Shown here: one piece after another, positions 28,370 through 38,139 of the stretch
Position numbering within the stretch: position 1 is the stretch's first letter
Layout of the letters: each line of letters opens with the position of its first letter
Source of the DNA: a virus
UHGV virus genome: UHGV-1287413
DNA: 59,630 nt
Strand: one strand, 5' to 3'
The notes under the pieces: generated by a model
Database searches by the model: none
What the model saw: the letters and a program-made list of their open reading frames with translations, nothing else
Told to the model about the DNA's origin: nothing
Program-made: the position numbers and the translations under genes

Positions 28370-30276
28370 TGTTGTACCTCCATACCCTGTTCAGGTGCAG
28401 CTGGTGGCTGCGTTTGTTGTTGCTGTGGCGCACCAGCTTGCGCCGGAGTTCCGCCTTCCAATACTTCTGCCGGGACACCAGACGCACGCAGAGCGGTGTC
28501 TACCGCCCACTGTACAGCGCGTGGGTTGACCATGCCCTGTGCGGCACTGCCCGCCGTTGCGACAAGCTGGAGTGTATCCAGCGCGGTCTGCTTCGCCACT
28601 TCCTTCTGGATGAGGCCAGTAGAACCCTGTGCCAGAATCTTCGCGTCGCCTTTCACGGACTCGTCTGGCCAGTAACGCATGTTGTAGTTATACATCAGGT
28701 TACCCAGCGGGGCGAACACCATCTCATCCAGGTTAGCGATGCCAGACTGGATAGGCTTGATGGCGTTGCCGTACAGCATAGCCATACCACGGAAGGTACG
28801 GTTCGCCCCTGTACCCACAGGCTCGCCGTGGATGGAGGCAGGAATCTGCGTAACACGGTCAGCCAGGTCCATGAAGAACTGTCCTACGTTCATGAACGCG
28901 CCAACGTTGGCCGGAACATTATGGAAATAGTGCGCCGGACGGCCACCAGCACTCATGTCCGGGTCAACCGGATACATGGTCAGTGCGGCCAGCTGGCCAA
29001 CATCCTCTGGCGTCATGTATCGCTGCACGCGGCTGTAGTCCACTTCACCAATCGGACCTGCGGCGTATCCCATGTTCACCATCATGAAGCGCAGGGTGGC
29101 CAGGTATGCTCGCTCTACGTCACGAACCTTCTGACAGATACTCACACCTGGGATGCGGTCACCACCCTGTTCGAAGCTGGCCAGGTACACCGGACGGATG
29201 TTGACTGCCGGGTTCGGGTTGATGAACACCTGGATGGTGTACGGCCCAATCATGGACACCGTGGACTCGTAGTAATCGTTCGCCTCCAGGCCAGTGATGC
29301 CATACATCATCAGCTCGCGCCCGGACAGAATGCCGTAATGGCGGAGCACTTCCACCGTCTCGCCGTTACCCCATCCCCACGCGAATGAGTCAGGCTGCTC
29401 GCGGTTGCGGCTCATCCACATGCTGTCAATGCGCCCAGACACGCAGCCTTCCAGTACCTTCAGTACGTTAGCTTTGATGTAGGACTTCATGTTCAGGCAC
29501 TTATACAGCTCCTGCTTCGTGATGCGCTCACGAACCATAACTGCGGTGCCACTCTGCGCGTCGCGACTGTCCGGCGTCCAGAAGGTATCGAACACAGACA
29601 GCGGACGGAACTGGAACTGCACTGAGTTCTTCGGACGCAGCTGCGAGCCAGACCACTCCATCTGTGTGACCATCGTCGGAATCGGCCCGTGCATCCCGGC
29701 AAAGGGATACGTGGCGAAGTCGTTAATCATTTTCAACATGGCGCGACGGAAACCACCCTGCCAGCACTGGTCTTTGATGAGCGTATACATCGCATCGGCG
29801 GCATGGGTCGCCTCGTTCATCTCCGCCTCGCGCTGCTGGAACTTCAGCTCGCGCACCAGGTCAAGCAGGTCGCCATCGAACCCCTGGCCATAGAGTTGGC
29901 GCTTCACCTGGTTCAGAATGCGCAGGCGCGATGCGTCAGACATTTCTGGCAGTGGCGTCGGAGACAACGTGAACGGCAGCTCTGCTGTGTTAATCAGCAG
30001 GTCACGCATCCACGCCACCAGGGCGGAGGACTTCAGCCCGGAGATGTTGACGTACATATCGACGCCGAGCATATCGACGATCTCCTGGTCACATGGTGCC
30101 AGAATACCCTCGCGCTGGTCGTAGCAATCATTGAGGACAGTGCGGAGAGACTTGCCCCCGACCTTCTCCTGCGAGCGCCAGAACACAGCATTGTTCCACC
30201 GCTGCGACACAATAGCAGCGATGGGGTCTACCGATTTGTTCGGCACCTCAATCTCGACAGCTGGTTCTTTCATCAC
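28366..30276 (-). CDS. portal protein candidate
   Basis: 636 aa gene immediately downstream of the terminase large subunit and overlapping it (ATGA), as is usual for portal genes. Confidence 0.6.
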   Translation of the reverse strand: MMKEPAVEIEVPNKSVDPIAAIVSQRWNNAVFWRSQEKVGGKSLRTVLNDCYDQREGILAPCDQEIVDMLGVDMYVNISGLKSSALVAWMRDLLINTAELPFTLSPTPLPEMSDASRLRILNQVKRQLYGQGFDGDLLDLVRELKFQQREAEMNEATHAADAMYTLIKDQCWQGGFRRAMLKMINDFATYPFAGMHGPIPTMVTQMEWSGSQLRPKNSVQFQFRPLSVFDTFWTPDSRDAQSGTAVMVRERITKQELYKCLNMKSYIKANVLKVLEGCVSGRIDSMWMSRNREQPDSFAWGWGNGETVEVLRHYGILSGRELMMYGITGLEANDYYESTVSMIGPYTIQVFINPNPAVNIRPVYLASFEQGGDRIPGVSICQKVRDVERAYLATLRFMMVNMGYAAGPIGEVDYSRVQRYMTPEDVGQLAALTMYPVDPDMSAGGRPAHYFHNVPANVGAFMNVGQFFMDLADRVTQIPASIHGEPVGTGANRTFRGMAMLYGNAIKPIQSGIANLDEMVFAPLGNLMYNYNMRYWPDESVKGDAKILAQGSTGLIQKEVAKQTALDTLQLVATAGSAAQGMVNPRAVQWAVDTALRASGVPAEVLEGGTPAQAGAPQQQQTQPPAAPEQGMEVQQ

Positions 30277-31751
30277 ATCACCCTTCTCTTTGTTCGCTTC
30301 TGCATCTGCCTGCGCACATCGTCGCTATTCTGGTCCAGTTCCCCCGCACGGAGAATGTGCAGGCTCAGGTACTCGAACGCGTCAGCCGGGTGAGAGTGCT
30401 CGTTTTTCTCCGGTGTGGTCGAGTAGGTCTGGTCAATAGTACCAGCGATTGTAGTCTTTTTGAATCTATACCCACCAGCGAGCGCTGCGATGAGTAACTC
30501 ACATGCCGGAGATATCAGGACGCCGCCCACATTCTTAGACAGAATCTGGTTGCCCGCTTCGATACGCGCCTTGATGGCGTTCGTCGGCGCGACGATGGCC
30601 GGGATACGTGCGTCAATCAGGTTGGCCACAGGCGTCGTTGCGTTGAACCCGTTACGGGCGTTCGCCGGGTCACACACCGCCAGGATGCGGGAACCACGAT
30701 AACGCTGCGTCAGGACAGGCAGGAGAGCACTGTAGATAAAATCTTCGAAGCCTGTGCCATCACCATACAGCTCGTCAATGACCCCCCACTGTCTGCCCAT
30801 GAACTGCGCGATAAGCGCTGCCGGGTGGATACCGGAGGTGTCGATAGCAATGATCGCATCCTGTCCCTCAATCGGCTGAAGCACCGCTTTGGCCACATGC
30901 GTTTCACGACTGAAGTTGACGAACACTGGCTTGCCAGGTTTAGAGTCAACGTCCATCATGCAGAGCAGCTGGTCAATCTCATCGAACGCGCCGACCAGTC
31001 GCTTCGCCGCAACCTGGTCTGGATAGTAGTTCGGCCCCAGCACCTTCAGGTTGTCCGCTTCCGGGTTGAAGGTATACGTCACAATGCCGTCTTCGGAAGT
31101 ATGCTTGAACGCCGCTGGTGGCTGTTCAAAGTATGCGTAGTTCTCCGGCGTATCGACAGACTCAAACAGCTTACGCAGCCAGTGGCCACGCGGTGGTTTG
31201 TTGTAGTCCAGCAGCACACCCTTCCAGGAGCACGTACCGAAGCGGTCAGATGGATAACGACCCACACGTTCTGTTGCCGCCGTCAGGACTTCCTGAGCCA
31301 CCTCTGTGGCCTCGTTAATCCAGATGGCCGTGAAGTCAGTCGAGCGCAGCTTCTTAACGTCTTCCGCCGTCTCTACCGCGATGAGCAGAAGCTCCATGAC
31401 CACCACCGTATCGTCAGGTAACGGGATACGGAACTTGCCTTCCATCGGCGCAGTCTCTTTGATGGAGCCACACTCTGACGGATACCACATCTCCATTGTC
31501 TTTTTCGTGGTGGTTCGCAGGTTCGGGTACGACGCACGCACAATACCGAAACGGGTGTAGCGGTTGCCATCGGCGGCAGGTGCCTGGCGCATGGCGATGT
31601 ACATCAGCTCCTGCACGCAGGTCACCGACTTACCGGAACCGAACGGCCCACAGATTGCCCGCACGAACATGTTGGTCGCGCAGTGGAACTCCATAGGCGT
31701 GGGGTACGGGATGTAGTTGAGGTGCTTAGTCGCCACTCTGCACCTCCGCAT
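30273..31751 (-). CDS. terminase large subunit
   Basis: Walker A GPFGSGKS, Walker B-like TAIWINEATE, C-terminal nuclease-like region (ILAVCDPANARNG). Confidence 0.85.
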   Translation of the reverse strand: MRRCRVATKHLNYIPYPTPMEFHCATNMFVRAICGPFGSGKSVTCVQELMYIAMRQAPAADGNRYTRFGIVRASYPNLRTTTKKTMEMWYPSECGSIKETAPMEGKFRIPLPDDTVVVMELLLIAVETAEDVKKLRSTDFTAIWINEATEVAQEVLTAATERVGRYPSDRFGTCSWKGVLLDYNKPPRGHWLRKLFESVDTPENYAYFEQPPAAFKHTSEDGIVTYTFNPEADNLKVLGPNYYPDQVAAKRLVGAFDEIDQLLCMMDVDSKPGKPVFVNFSRETHVAKAVLQPIEGQDAIIAIDTSGIHPAALIAQFMGRQWGVIDELYGDGTGFEDFIYSALLPVLTQRYRGSRILAVCDPANARNGFNATTPVANLIDARIPAIVAPTNAIKARIEAGNQILSKNVGGVLISPACELLIAALAGGYRFKKTTIAGTIDQTYSTTPEKNEHSHPADAFEYLSLHILRAGELDQNSDDVRRQMQKRTKRRVM

Positions 31752-32289
31752 CCAGGGTCACCGGGGCACGCTGCTGCACATGTTCCATGCCAGGGATGCC
31801 TGCCGGGACGTTGATAATAACCTGGCCAATCGCCGCAGCGTTCCCGCCACCGCCATCGCCAGACTTCTGTTTGTTCTGCCCGTTGGTTGCCGGGTCCAGA
31901 CCACCGTACTGGAACAGTCGCTCCATCACCTTGATGCGGTCCTTCGTGTCGGAGCCAGCCTTCATCACGTCCAGATACACTGTCTCCATAAGCGAGGACG
32001 CCAGCATCTGCGCCCGTAATGTTATGGACGCATTGTCGCCCATCGCATCCACACGCTTGCGATAGTCCTTCACCAGTCGCCGGAACTCAGGCAGCTTCAG
32101 CAGCGCCAGACACTCGTTGGCCGTAATATTATAGTTCTCGCAGATTTCCTGCGGCGTGATGAGTGGCCCCGTCCCTTCCGCGTTCGGAACATTGGTCATC
32201 ACAATGTCCTGGGCGATGTTAGACCAGAGTGGACGGAGGCGCATGAGGTCTTTACGATCCTCCGGTTGAACGATAAGTTTGCCATCCAT
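31726..32289 (-). CDS. terminase small subunit candidate
   Basis: 187 aa gene immediately upstream of the large subunit and overlapping it; Gly-rich flexible C-terminus. Confidence 0.4.
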   Translation of the reverse strand: MDGKLIVQPEDRKDLMRLRPLWSNIAQDIVMTNVPNAEGTGPLITPQEICENYNITANECLALLKLPEFRRLVKDYRKRVDAMGDNASITLRAQMLASSLMETVYLDVMKAGSDTKDRIKVMERLFQYGGLDPATNGQNKQKSGDGGGGNAAAIGQVIINVPAGIPGMEHVQQRAPVTLDAEVQSGD

Positions 32290-32397
32290 CAGTTGCTACC
32301 TCTCACAAAACACTTTACTATTCATTTGCGCCCTGCTCTGTTCACCTCACCTGGCATGTCCCACCAGGCTCCATCGGTCAGAGTGGGGCGCTTTCGT

Positions 32398-33438
32398 TTA
32401 GCCGTTCTTATACAGGAACGCAGCGTCGATTGTCACCGGGATATCCCCATGATACACCACCCCTGTAGTGTTATCTCGTGCAGCTTCTACCGCCCCGGTA
32501 GTGATTCTCTGCCGATACTCAACACCATCGACCGTGACAAAAGCCTGCCCGTCCGAGATACCACCAACCATCGCCGTAACGCGTGGTGCGTCACTACCCC
32601 AACCTTTGATGTAAACTGGCTTACCAACAGAGTCTTCAACCCCTGTAATCTTAGTAGCAAACACATTGAGTGTGATGTTAGAACCAGCACCACGCTGTAC
32701 CAGAAGCGGCAGGCTACCGAGTGTGATTTCGCAGTAGTTGATCGTGAACGATGCTGGACCAGGTAAGTCATAGTCGCAGAGCATAGCTGCCCGCAAGACG
32801 CCATTTACTGGCACATCCATACCCTGTCGTCCACAGACGATCTTAACGCCGCTCATCGCGATGCTCCCGTTTACCGGAACCAACCCACAAGCCCACATGT
32901 ATGGCCCACCTGGGTCATTGTTACTGACAGGATTCACACGGTCTGGCACAATGGTGGCCATATCATATACGCCATCAATAGTGACCGTTGTAAGAACGGT
33001 TCCGTATTTATCAAACCATGCCTGCTGAATGCGTTTGAGTAACCCAGCACTCTCCTGCAACGATGGATAGCTAGTGATAGTCATAGATACACCCTGCAAC
33101 ACCCGCGACGGGAGCACATGCTCCTGGTTGTCGTGGCAGTACACAGTATAACCACGGGTTCCTGGAACCATATTCTGCACTGCCCGCCCAATCGTCTTAT
33201 ACGGGCTTGCCTGACTACCATCACCACTGGTGTCGTCGCCGTTCACATTATCGACATACTGCTGTGCGTACTCAGGTACGGCTTCCGTACCGACATAGAT
33301 ACCGTTGCTGCGGACCTGCACCGTGTTACCAGAGTCTGGCGATACGGGGATATCTGAAGGCCGGATGGTATCCGCGTCCGCCAGCGGGATATGCTGTTTG
33401 TTGTTCGGGTTAAGAACAACAGGGATTCTTTGCGTCAT
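32398..33438 (-). CDS. receptor-binding protein or tailspike candidate 3 with the shared N-terminal anchor motif
   Basis: N-terminal MTQRIPVVLNPNNKQHIPLADADTIRPSDIP matches the first roughly 30 aa of the 638-aa and 288-aa fibre proteins; the rest is divergent. Confidence 0.55.
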   Translation of the reverse strand: MTQRIPVVLNPNNKQHIPLADADTIRPSDIPVSPDSGNTVQVRSNGIYVGTEAVPEYAQQYVDNVNGDDTSGDGSQASPYKTIGRAVQNMVPGTRGYTVYCHDNQEHVLPSRVLQGVSMTITSYPSLQESAGLLKRIQQAWFDKYGTVLTTVTIDGVYDMATIVPDRVNPVSNNDPGGPYMWACGLVPVNGSIAMSGVKIVCGRQGMDVPVNGVLRAAMLCDYDLPGPASFTINYCEITLGSLPLLVQRGAGSNITLNVFATKITGVEDSVGKPVYIKGWGSDAPRVTAMVGGISDGQAFVTVDGVEYRQRITTGAVEAARDNTTGVVYHGDIPVTIDAAFLYKNG

Positions 33439-33441
33439 ACA

Positions 33442-34308
33442 TTACTCCACACATGACAAATCAGTTGTAACAGAATACTGGAAATCACTCTTAGTAAACG
33501 CGTGGACTAGCGCTCCAGTAGAGTCCAGGATGCTGAGTGCGAACCATGATGGTGTGTTATCCGGTATATTCTTATCGAACACAATAACTTGCTGTACCCC
33601 ACCAGTGGTTACAGTAAACGACTGCTTCTTCCAACCTCCACTACCTGCGGCTTCACCGACATAGTTTCCACCGATATACACCCTGGCCACATCATCCCCA
33701 TAGAAAGTGGCCTCATACGTTCCCGGTTCCAGGGAATAAGAGCCGACACAATACATGGCTGTGTTGCCTGGAGTTTTTGTCATATCAGCAAACGGAGACA
33801 GGAAATACTGCAAATAATAATCTTCTGGAGCTATGGAAGTACCCCACGCAGGCTGCGAATCAGATTGGTATACCTGCCCAATGTTAGTAGAGCTTCCTAC
33901 CCAATTGACTTTAACAGCGGCATTGGCGTCTCCGGTAAGGGACACGTTGCCGAATTTAAACGTGCTTCCTGAACTTAGTACGCTCGCTGTGTAGGTTGCG
34001 CACTGGTCCATATCCACAATACCGAAGCCATTTCCAATGGTAACGATAAACTTACCTTCCCGGAACGGAGATACTTCTTCGGTGCCGCTCTCAGTGATGT
34101 GTTCCCAACATCCATCACAGAACATTTTTTTGATGAACGTAGCAAGCCAGTTCTCGCTGACACGCAGCGGGTCTGCTGTAGTGCCACTCCCCGTCAAAGA
34201 TTCATCGTGAATAACCGTTACGATACCGGGCGGTAGGGTATCTCCGCCCGCGAGTGGTGTGTGCGTCTTTTTATCTGAAGACAACACGATCGGTGTTCTT
34301 TCGGCCAT
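33442..34308 (-). CDS. receptor-binding protein or tail fibre candidate 2 with the shared N-terminal anchor motif
   Basis: MAERTPIVLSSDKKTHTPLAGGDTLPPG and SLTGSGTTADPLRV motifs shared with the 638-aa fibre; RBS aggagaaagg. Confidence 0.55.
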   Translation of the reverse strand: MAERTPIVLSSDKKTHTPLAGGDTLPPGIVTVIHDESLTGSGTTADPLRVSENWLATFIKKMFCDGCWEHITESGTEEVSPFREGKFIVTIGNGFGIVDMDQCATYTASVLSSGSTFKFGNVSLTGDANAAVKVNWVGSSTNIGQVYQSDSQPAWGTSIAPEDYYLQYFLSPFADMTKTPGNTAMYCVGSYSLEPGTYEATFYGDDVARVYIGGNYVGEAAGSGGWKKQSFTVTTGGVQQVIVFDKNIPDNTPSWFALSILDSTGALVHAFTKSDFQYSVTTDLSCVE

Positions 34309-34321
34309 ACCTTTCTCCTAA

Positions 34322-34355
34322 TAAAAAAAACCCCCGCGACCGAGGCCGTCAGGGG
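34322..34355 (-). terminator. rho-independent terminator on the minus strand (stem cccc..gac/guc..gggg followed by U8)
   Basis: The + strand reads ataaaaaaaacccccgcgaccgaggccgtcagggg; lies between the 104-aa gene and fibre 2. Confidence 0.55.
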
Positions 34356-34379
34356 TTTGTCCGGGGCGTCAGTCGCTCG

Positions 34380-34694
34380 TTATTGCGACGACAGTTTAAG
34401 CCGCAGCTCATATCCGAGTAAAGCCCACACCTCGTCCATCGCTTTCTCGTAGGCACACTTCTCGCCCATCTCGCGATTGAACTTCTCAGCCACCACGCAG
34501 GCCGAGGAACCAATCACGGTGTGGCCATTGTCCAGCGTAATCATGCAGACAGTGGTGGTCGAGGCGCGACCCTGCGAGTTGCGCAGCACGGTATACGACA
34601 CATCTGCCACCGCACGTTCAACATCCCCTAATGTTACGGACGGAAACCCATCAGCCATCGGTGTATCTTCGTACTCAAATTTACGCATGTCCAT
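34380..34694 (-). CDS. small conserved-looking protein, 104 aa, between fibre genes; function unknown
   Basis: ORF with a hairpin at its stop codon. Confidence 0.4.
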   Translation of the reverse strand: MDMRKFEYEDTPMADGFPSVTLGDVERAVADVSYTVLRNSQGRASTTTVCMITLDNGHTVIGSSACVVAEKFNREMGEKCAYEKAMDEVWALLGYELRLKLSSQ

Positions 34695-34778
34695 CTCCTT
34701 TTGATATCTACGCTAAGTGTATAGCTACCACTCTGGCGTAGCAACATATATTATGCAGCCATCCGTGGCCATCGATAA

Positions 34779-36695
34779 TTACACCGGGCTATTAATACGT
34801 ACAAGTCCTGCAGCCGCTAATACCTGTGTCAACTCATTCACTCTGGCGTAAATATCCGCCTGAGTGGAGTTTTTATCCAGCGGCAGAATACCTGGCGGGA
34901 CAAAATCATTAGGCACCCATACAAACTTATGCCAGTTGATAGCAGCGTCCGGGGTCTCGCCGTCTGCATTAGTACCGTAGTTCTCGTCGATATTGATATA
35001 CAGATCGCCGTTAGCATCCATCGCCATGACGACCCCTGAAAAAGTACCAGTACGGCTTTTCCTAAACGCCCACGGTAACTGGAACACCACGCCATCAAAT
35101 GTCGATGGTAATGTCTTCGCCTCCGGCGTCGCCGCTGTGCCGTCACTGGCTCTGTAGCTATAGAATGTAGGCGTAGAGTATACCGGGATGAGGCTAAGAC
35201 CACCCTGACTTACATTGGCCCAATTGACCATGTTGGCTTTCACCCAGGCTTCTGTAGTCAGTGGTGACCACGAAGTCCATGCGGCTCTGATTAGCATACG
35301 GGTGTACGGCCCCGGACGGTCATTCAACATCGACGCATAAAAATACTGTGTCACTACCGGACTACCACCATTGCTGGAACTCTGGGCTTTCACAACGTCC
35401 ATGTATACTTCGGAGTTGCTGTACACCGGTACCGGGAAGCCGAGAGAACTGCCACCATTGGCCTCACCCTTGATACGATACCGACCCGGACTGGTAACGG
35501 TAGTCAGTACTGTGCCCGCAGGAAGGTCAATAACGAATGCTTCACCGTACAGTCCATCATCCTGAACTGACAGGGCATTCTTAGCACTGGCCGATAGCGC
35601 CAGTTTGATCGGGTTTTCTTCCGTACCGGTACCACTTAACGGTTCCTGTACTGAGGCCTCCTGTGGCAGCACAAGTAACCCGCTCTCATCTTTCAGCAGG
35701 TTCTGCGGGTTGGGATCCAGCTTCACCGATAATGGGTCTACAGTGGTGCCGCTACCCGTCAGCGCGGTACCTTTAATGGTGACGCCATCCATCCCGCCGC
35801 CAGTCTCTGCGAATAAGCCACCATTCTCTGTGTCGATGGATAGTGCATTGCCGCTTTTCTTTGACAGCTTGACGGAGAAAAGACCATGCCGGTTAGTACC
35901 GTCACCTGCGACGGTGATATCGTCCCCACGGCGGAAAGTATCCATCAACTGGTAGACAACACTCTCGTCACTACCGTCATCGTTAACCCAGTATTTCAGT
36001 AGGCCAGGCTGTTCTGTTGTAATGAACGCCTCCCCATTGGTCGTCATATACTTGCCGCCCTCGGTAGGCTCAATGAAGATATAGGCCTCTGACGATAGCG
36101 CATTCGGCTTCAACGGGTCAGTGACATCTACCCAATGGATCACCTTCGCCTCGGTCTGCTTCTTATCGTGCTCTAAGAAGAAGCGGTCTAACACTTCTTG
36201 CTGTGTCGCCGTATCCATAATAAGCTCGACGACCGGAGCTTTTGTCACCTGCGGCATTACCAACAGGCCGCTTTCGTCGCGCAGCAGGTTCTGCGGGTTG
36301 GGATCAAGCATAACAGACAAGGGGTCTGCGGTGGTGCCGCTACCAGTCAGCGCTGTACCTTTAATGGTGACTGCATCCATCCCACCGCCACCAGCTTGCC
36401 CGAACAGCCCATCAGATTCAACTGACAGTGAATTACCAGAACGTCCGCTAACACGAACGGCCAGTGGCGAGCCATCAGTACCACTGCCTGACAGACTGCT
36501 ATCATGAGCTACAACAGATATCCCTTCATTGCCGCCGCCTCCCGGCTCGGCGAACAGGCCATCTGATTTGACGGTCAATCCGTTGCCGGACTCCGCCGAG
36601 ATTGGAATGCTGCCGGGTGCCAGCGTGTCACCCCTGTCCAGCGTTTCATGTTTCTTGCCGTCATCCGAGACGACGACAGGATTCTTATGAGCCAT
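34779..36695 (-). CDS. tail fibre or receptor-binding protein 1, 638 aa, with an internal duplicated module
   Basis: Shared N-terminal anchor MAHKNPVVVSDDGKKHETLDRGDTLAPG; SLSGSGT..PL.V motif three times; two near-identical 45-aa modules (GTALTGSGTT.DPLSV.LDPNPQNLL.DESGLLV.PQ). Confidence 0.65.
   Translation of the reverse strand: MAHKNPVVVSDDGKKHETLDRGDTLAPGSIPISAESGNGLTVKSDGLFAEPGGGGNEGISVVAHDSSLSGSGTDGSPLAVRVSGRSGNSLSVESDGLFGQAGGGGMDAVTIKGTALTGSGTTADPLSVMLDPNPQNLLRDESGLLVMPQVTKAPVVELIMDTATQQEVLDRFFLEHDKKQTEAKVIHWVDVTDPLKPNALSSEAYIFIEPTEGGKYMTTNGEAFITTEQPGLLKYWVNDDGSDESVVYQLMDTFRRGDDITVAGDGTNRHGLFSVKLSKKSGNALSIDTENGGLFAETGGGMDGVTIKGTALTGSGTTVDPLSVKLDPNPQNLLKDESGLLVLPQEASVQEPLSGTGTEENPIKLALSASAKNALSVQDDGLYGEAFVIDLPAGTVLTTVTSPGRYRIKGEANGGSSLGFPVPVYSNSEVYMDVVKAQSSSNGGSPVVTQYFYASMLNDRPGPYTRMLIRAAWTSWSPLTTEAWVKANMVNWANVSQGGLSLIPVYSTPTFYSYRASDGTAATPEAKTLPSTFDGVVFQLPWAFRKSRTGTFSGVVMAMDANGDLYINIDENYGTNADGETPDAAINWHKFVWVPNDFVPPGILPLDKNSTQADIYARVNELTQVLAAAGLVRINSPV
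35660..35880 (-). repeat. intragenic duplication, copy A, within the 638-aa fibre gene
   Basis: About 200 nt that are roughly 75-80% identical to 36250-36470 (ttctgcgggttgggatc...gtggtgccgctac...taatggtga...atccatccc). Confidence 0.6.
36250..36470 (-). repeat. intragenic duplication, copy B, within the 638-aa fibre gene
   Basis: Partner of 35660-35880. Confidence 0.6.
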
Positions 36696-36751
36696 AAAAA
36701 ATCCTCCAGTTGGATTGCCCAGCTGGAGGATAGCATACGCCTACCAGCAAG

Positions 36752-37225
36752 TCATTTGGTAGCGGACTTCTCCACCATCTCCATCAGGCTAGGCATTTCT
36801 GCTGGCATAAGCTCCAGCGCGTGCTTCATGATGTAGCCTGTCATGTAAGCCATCGGCTCGTCATGGTCCCACTCCGGGTACTGCATGATGTTCTTACACA
36901 GGGCCATAATACTGTGGAATATCTCGTGCGACAGTGTGGCCATCGCTCCACGGAACATCTCCTGGCCATCCTCGCCGGAGCAGTACAGCGGGAGGTTCAC
37001 GCCAATAACCATGGGAACCTCGAAGCCGCCGACCCAGCTCAGACCGCGACACTTCCACTCAGTCTGCCCAACGAAGTCACCCCAGCGTTTCCAGTCTTCG
37101 TCATGGTGCTCACGCAGGTAGTTCGCCAGCGCCTGCTGCTCATCCGGCGACCACACAAAGATAACGTCCATCTCATAGGGGTGCAGTGTGAGGATAGTCG
37201 GTTTGTAATCGGTGAGGTCTGTCAT
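36752..37225 (-). CDS. HExxH-motif protein (putative zinc metallopeptidase-like), 157 aa
   Basis: LSHEIFHSIMALCK holds an HExxH zincin-like motif; gene sits immediately upstream of the fibre genes and is coupled to the upstream 87-aa ORF (ATGA). Confidence 0.45.
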   Translation of the reverse strand: MTDLTDYKPTILTLHPYEMDVIFVWSPDEQQALANYLREHHDEDWKRWGDFVGQTEWKCRGLSWVGGFEVPMVIGVNLPLYCSGEDGQEMFRGAMATLSHEIFHSIMALCKNIMQYPEWDHDEPMAYMTGYIMKHALELMPAEMPSLMEMVEKSATK

Positions 37226-37485
37226 GATGGCACATTACCCTGTGTGGAAAACGTCATGGAGATTGTCGCTTGCCCAGGCTTGTGGCCCTGCATGACCAGC
37301 ACCCAGCCAGACTGGCGAAGACGTAGCGCCAATGGGTGGGCGGCAGTATCTTCGGCCACTGACAGCCGGAAGTTTACGGTATCGGGAATCTCGCCATGCC
37401 TGGCGCGGTAGTCGAGAACCAGGTGGCGCAGCGCGTCAACGTGTTCTTCAACGATTTGCTCTACTGTACGTGGGGTGTTCTGCAT
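37222..37485 (-). CDS. first gene of the minus-strand operon, 87 aa, hypothetical
   Basis: RBS aggagggcatATG; C-terminal part of a longer Arg-rich, high-GC track ORF (37222-38085) that looks non-coding upstream of 37485. Confidence 0.45.
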   Translation of the reverse strand: MQNTPRTVEQIVEEHVDALRHLVLDYRARHGEIPDTVNFRLSVAEDTAAHPLALRLRQSGWVLVMQGHKPGQATISMTFSTQGNVPS

Positions 37486-37819
37486 ATGCCCTCCTGTTGT
37501 GCCGTACCAGGAGTATGCAACAAACTTCGTCGGGGTGCAAGCATACCCCCACAGCAACGTCCATAGTATTGTCGCCGCGAGGCTCGACCCGGTACGAGGT
37601 GTGGGGGTTGTCGGGGTGGTGCCAGTCCGACACGCTAGGGCATTAGCTTTGGGAAACCAGCGACCACCCGACGAATGAACTATAACGGATGGCTGCTGCT
37701 GGCGCAAGCGTTCCTGCAAAAATACCAGAAAAAATTTGGCGACAGGGTAACCACCCCACCGCCCCGGAGAAAAAATCTCCCAGCTCGCTGCAATGCACCA
37801 ACCCCATATCCATACAGTC

Positions 37820-37848
37820 ATTATGGTCGCGCCGTGGTCCTGTGTCAA
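37820..37848 (-). promoter_or_regulatory. sigma70-like promoter on the minus strand (TTGACA, 17 nt spacer, CATAAT) driving the structural arm
   Basis: The + strand reads attatg-N17-tgtcaa. Confidence 0.5.
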
Positions 37849-38139
37849 GGTCTGCATGGCAGGCGCAGTAGGTAGTGCTAGTGCCGCTTGTGTGGGAGAA
37901 AAAATAAAATCCGCCAGTGCCGAGAGCGCTGCGGAGTAGTAGTGAGTAGCCCCCTGCGTTTTCGTCGGTCCAGACCCCGCCACCCTTGCCGTGCGTGCCA
38001 ATTTCCCAGGCGGCGCGGGGCGTGCTGCGATTTTTCCGCCGCCGTCGCTGCGCTGCGTGCGCTGCATCACAGAACGCGCCGCCATTCAGCACGATTCACT
38101 AGCCTAAGTTATTGAAATCATTACATGTGCATGGTGCGT

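Noticed and set aside
37486-38092. Upstream part of the 287-aa and 149-aa minus-strand ORFs in the control region
   Set aside because: The composition is Arg-, Pro- and Gly-rich with no RBS, and they run through the promoter and repeat region. Only the last 87 codons, which have a strong Shine-Dalgarno sequence and ATGA coupling to the next gene, were kept.
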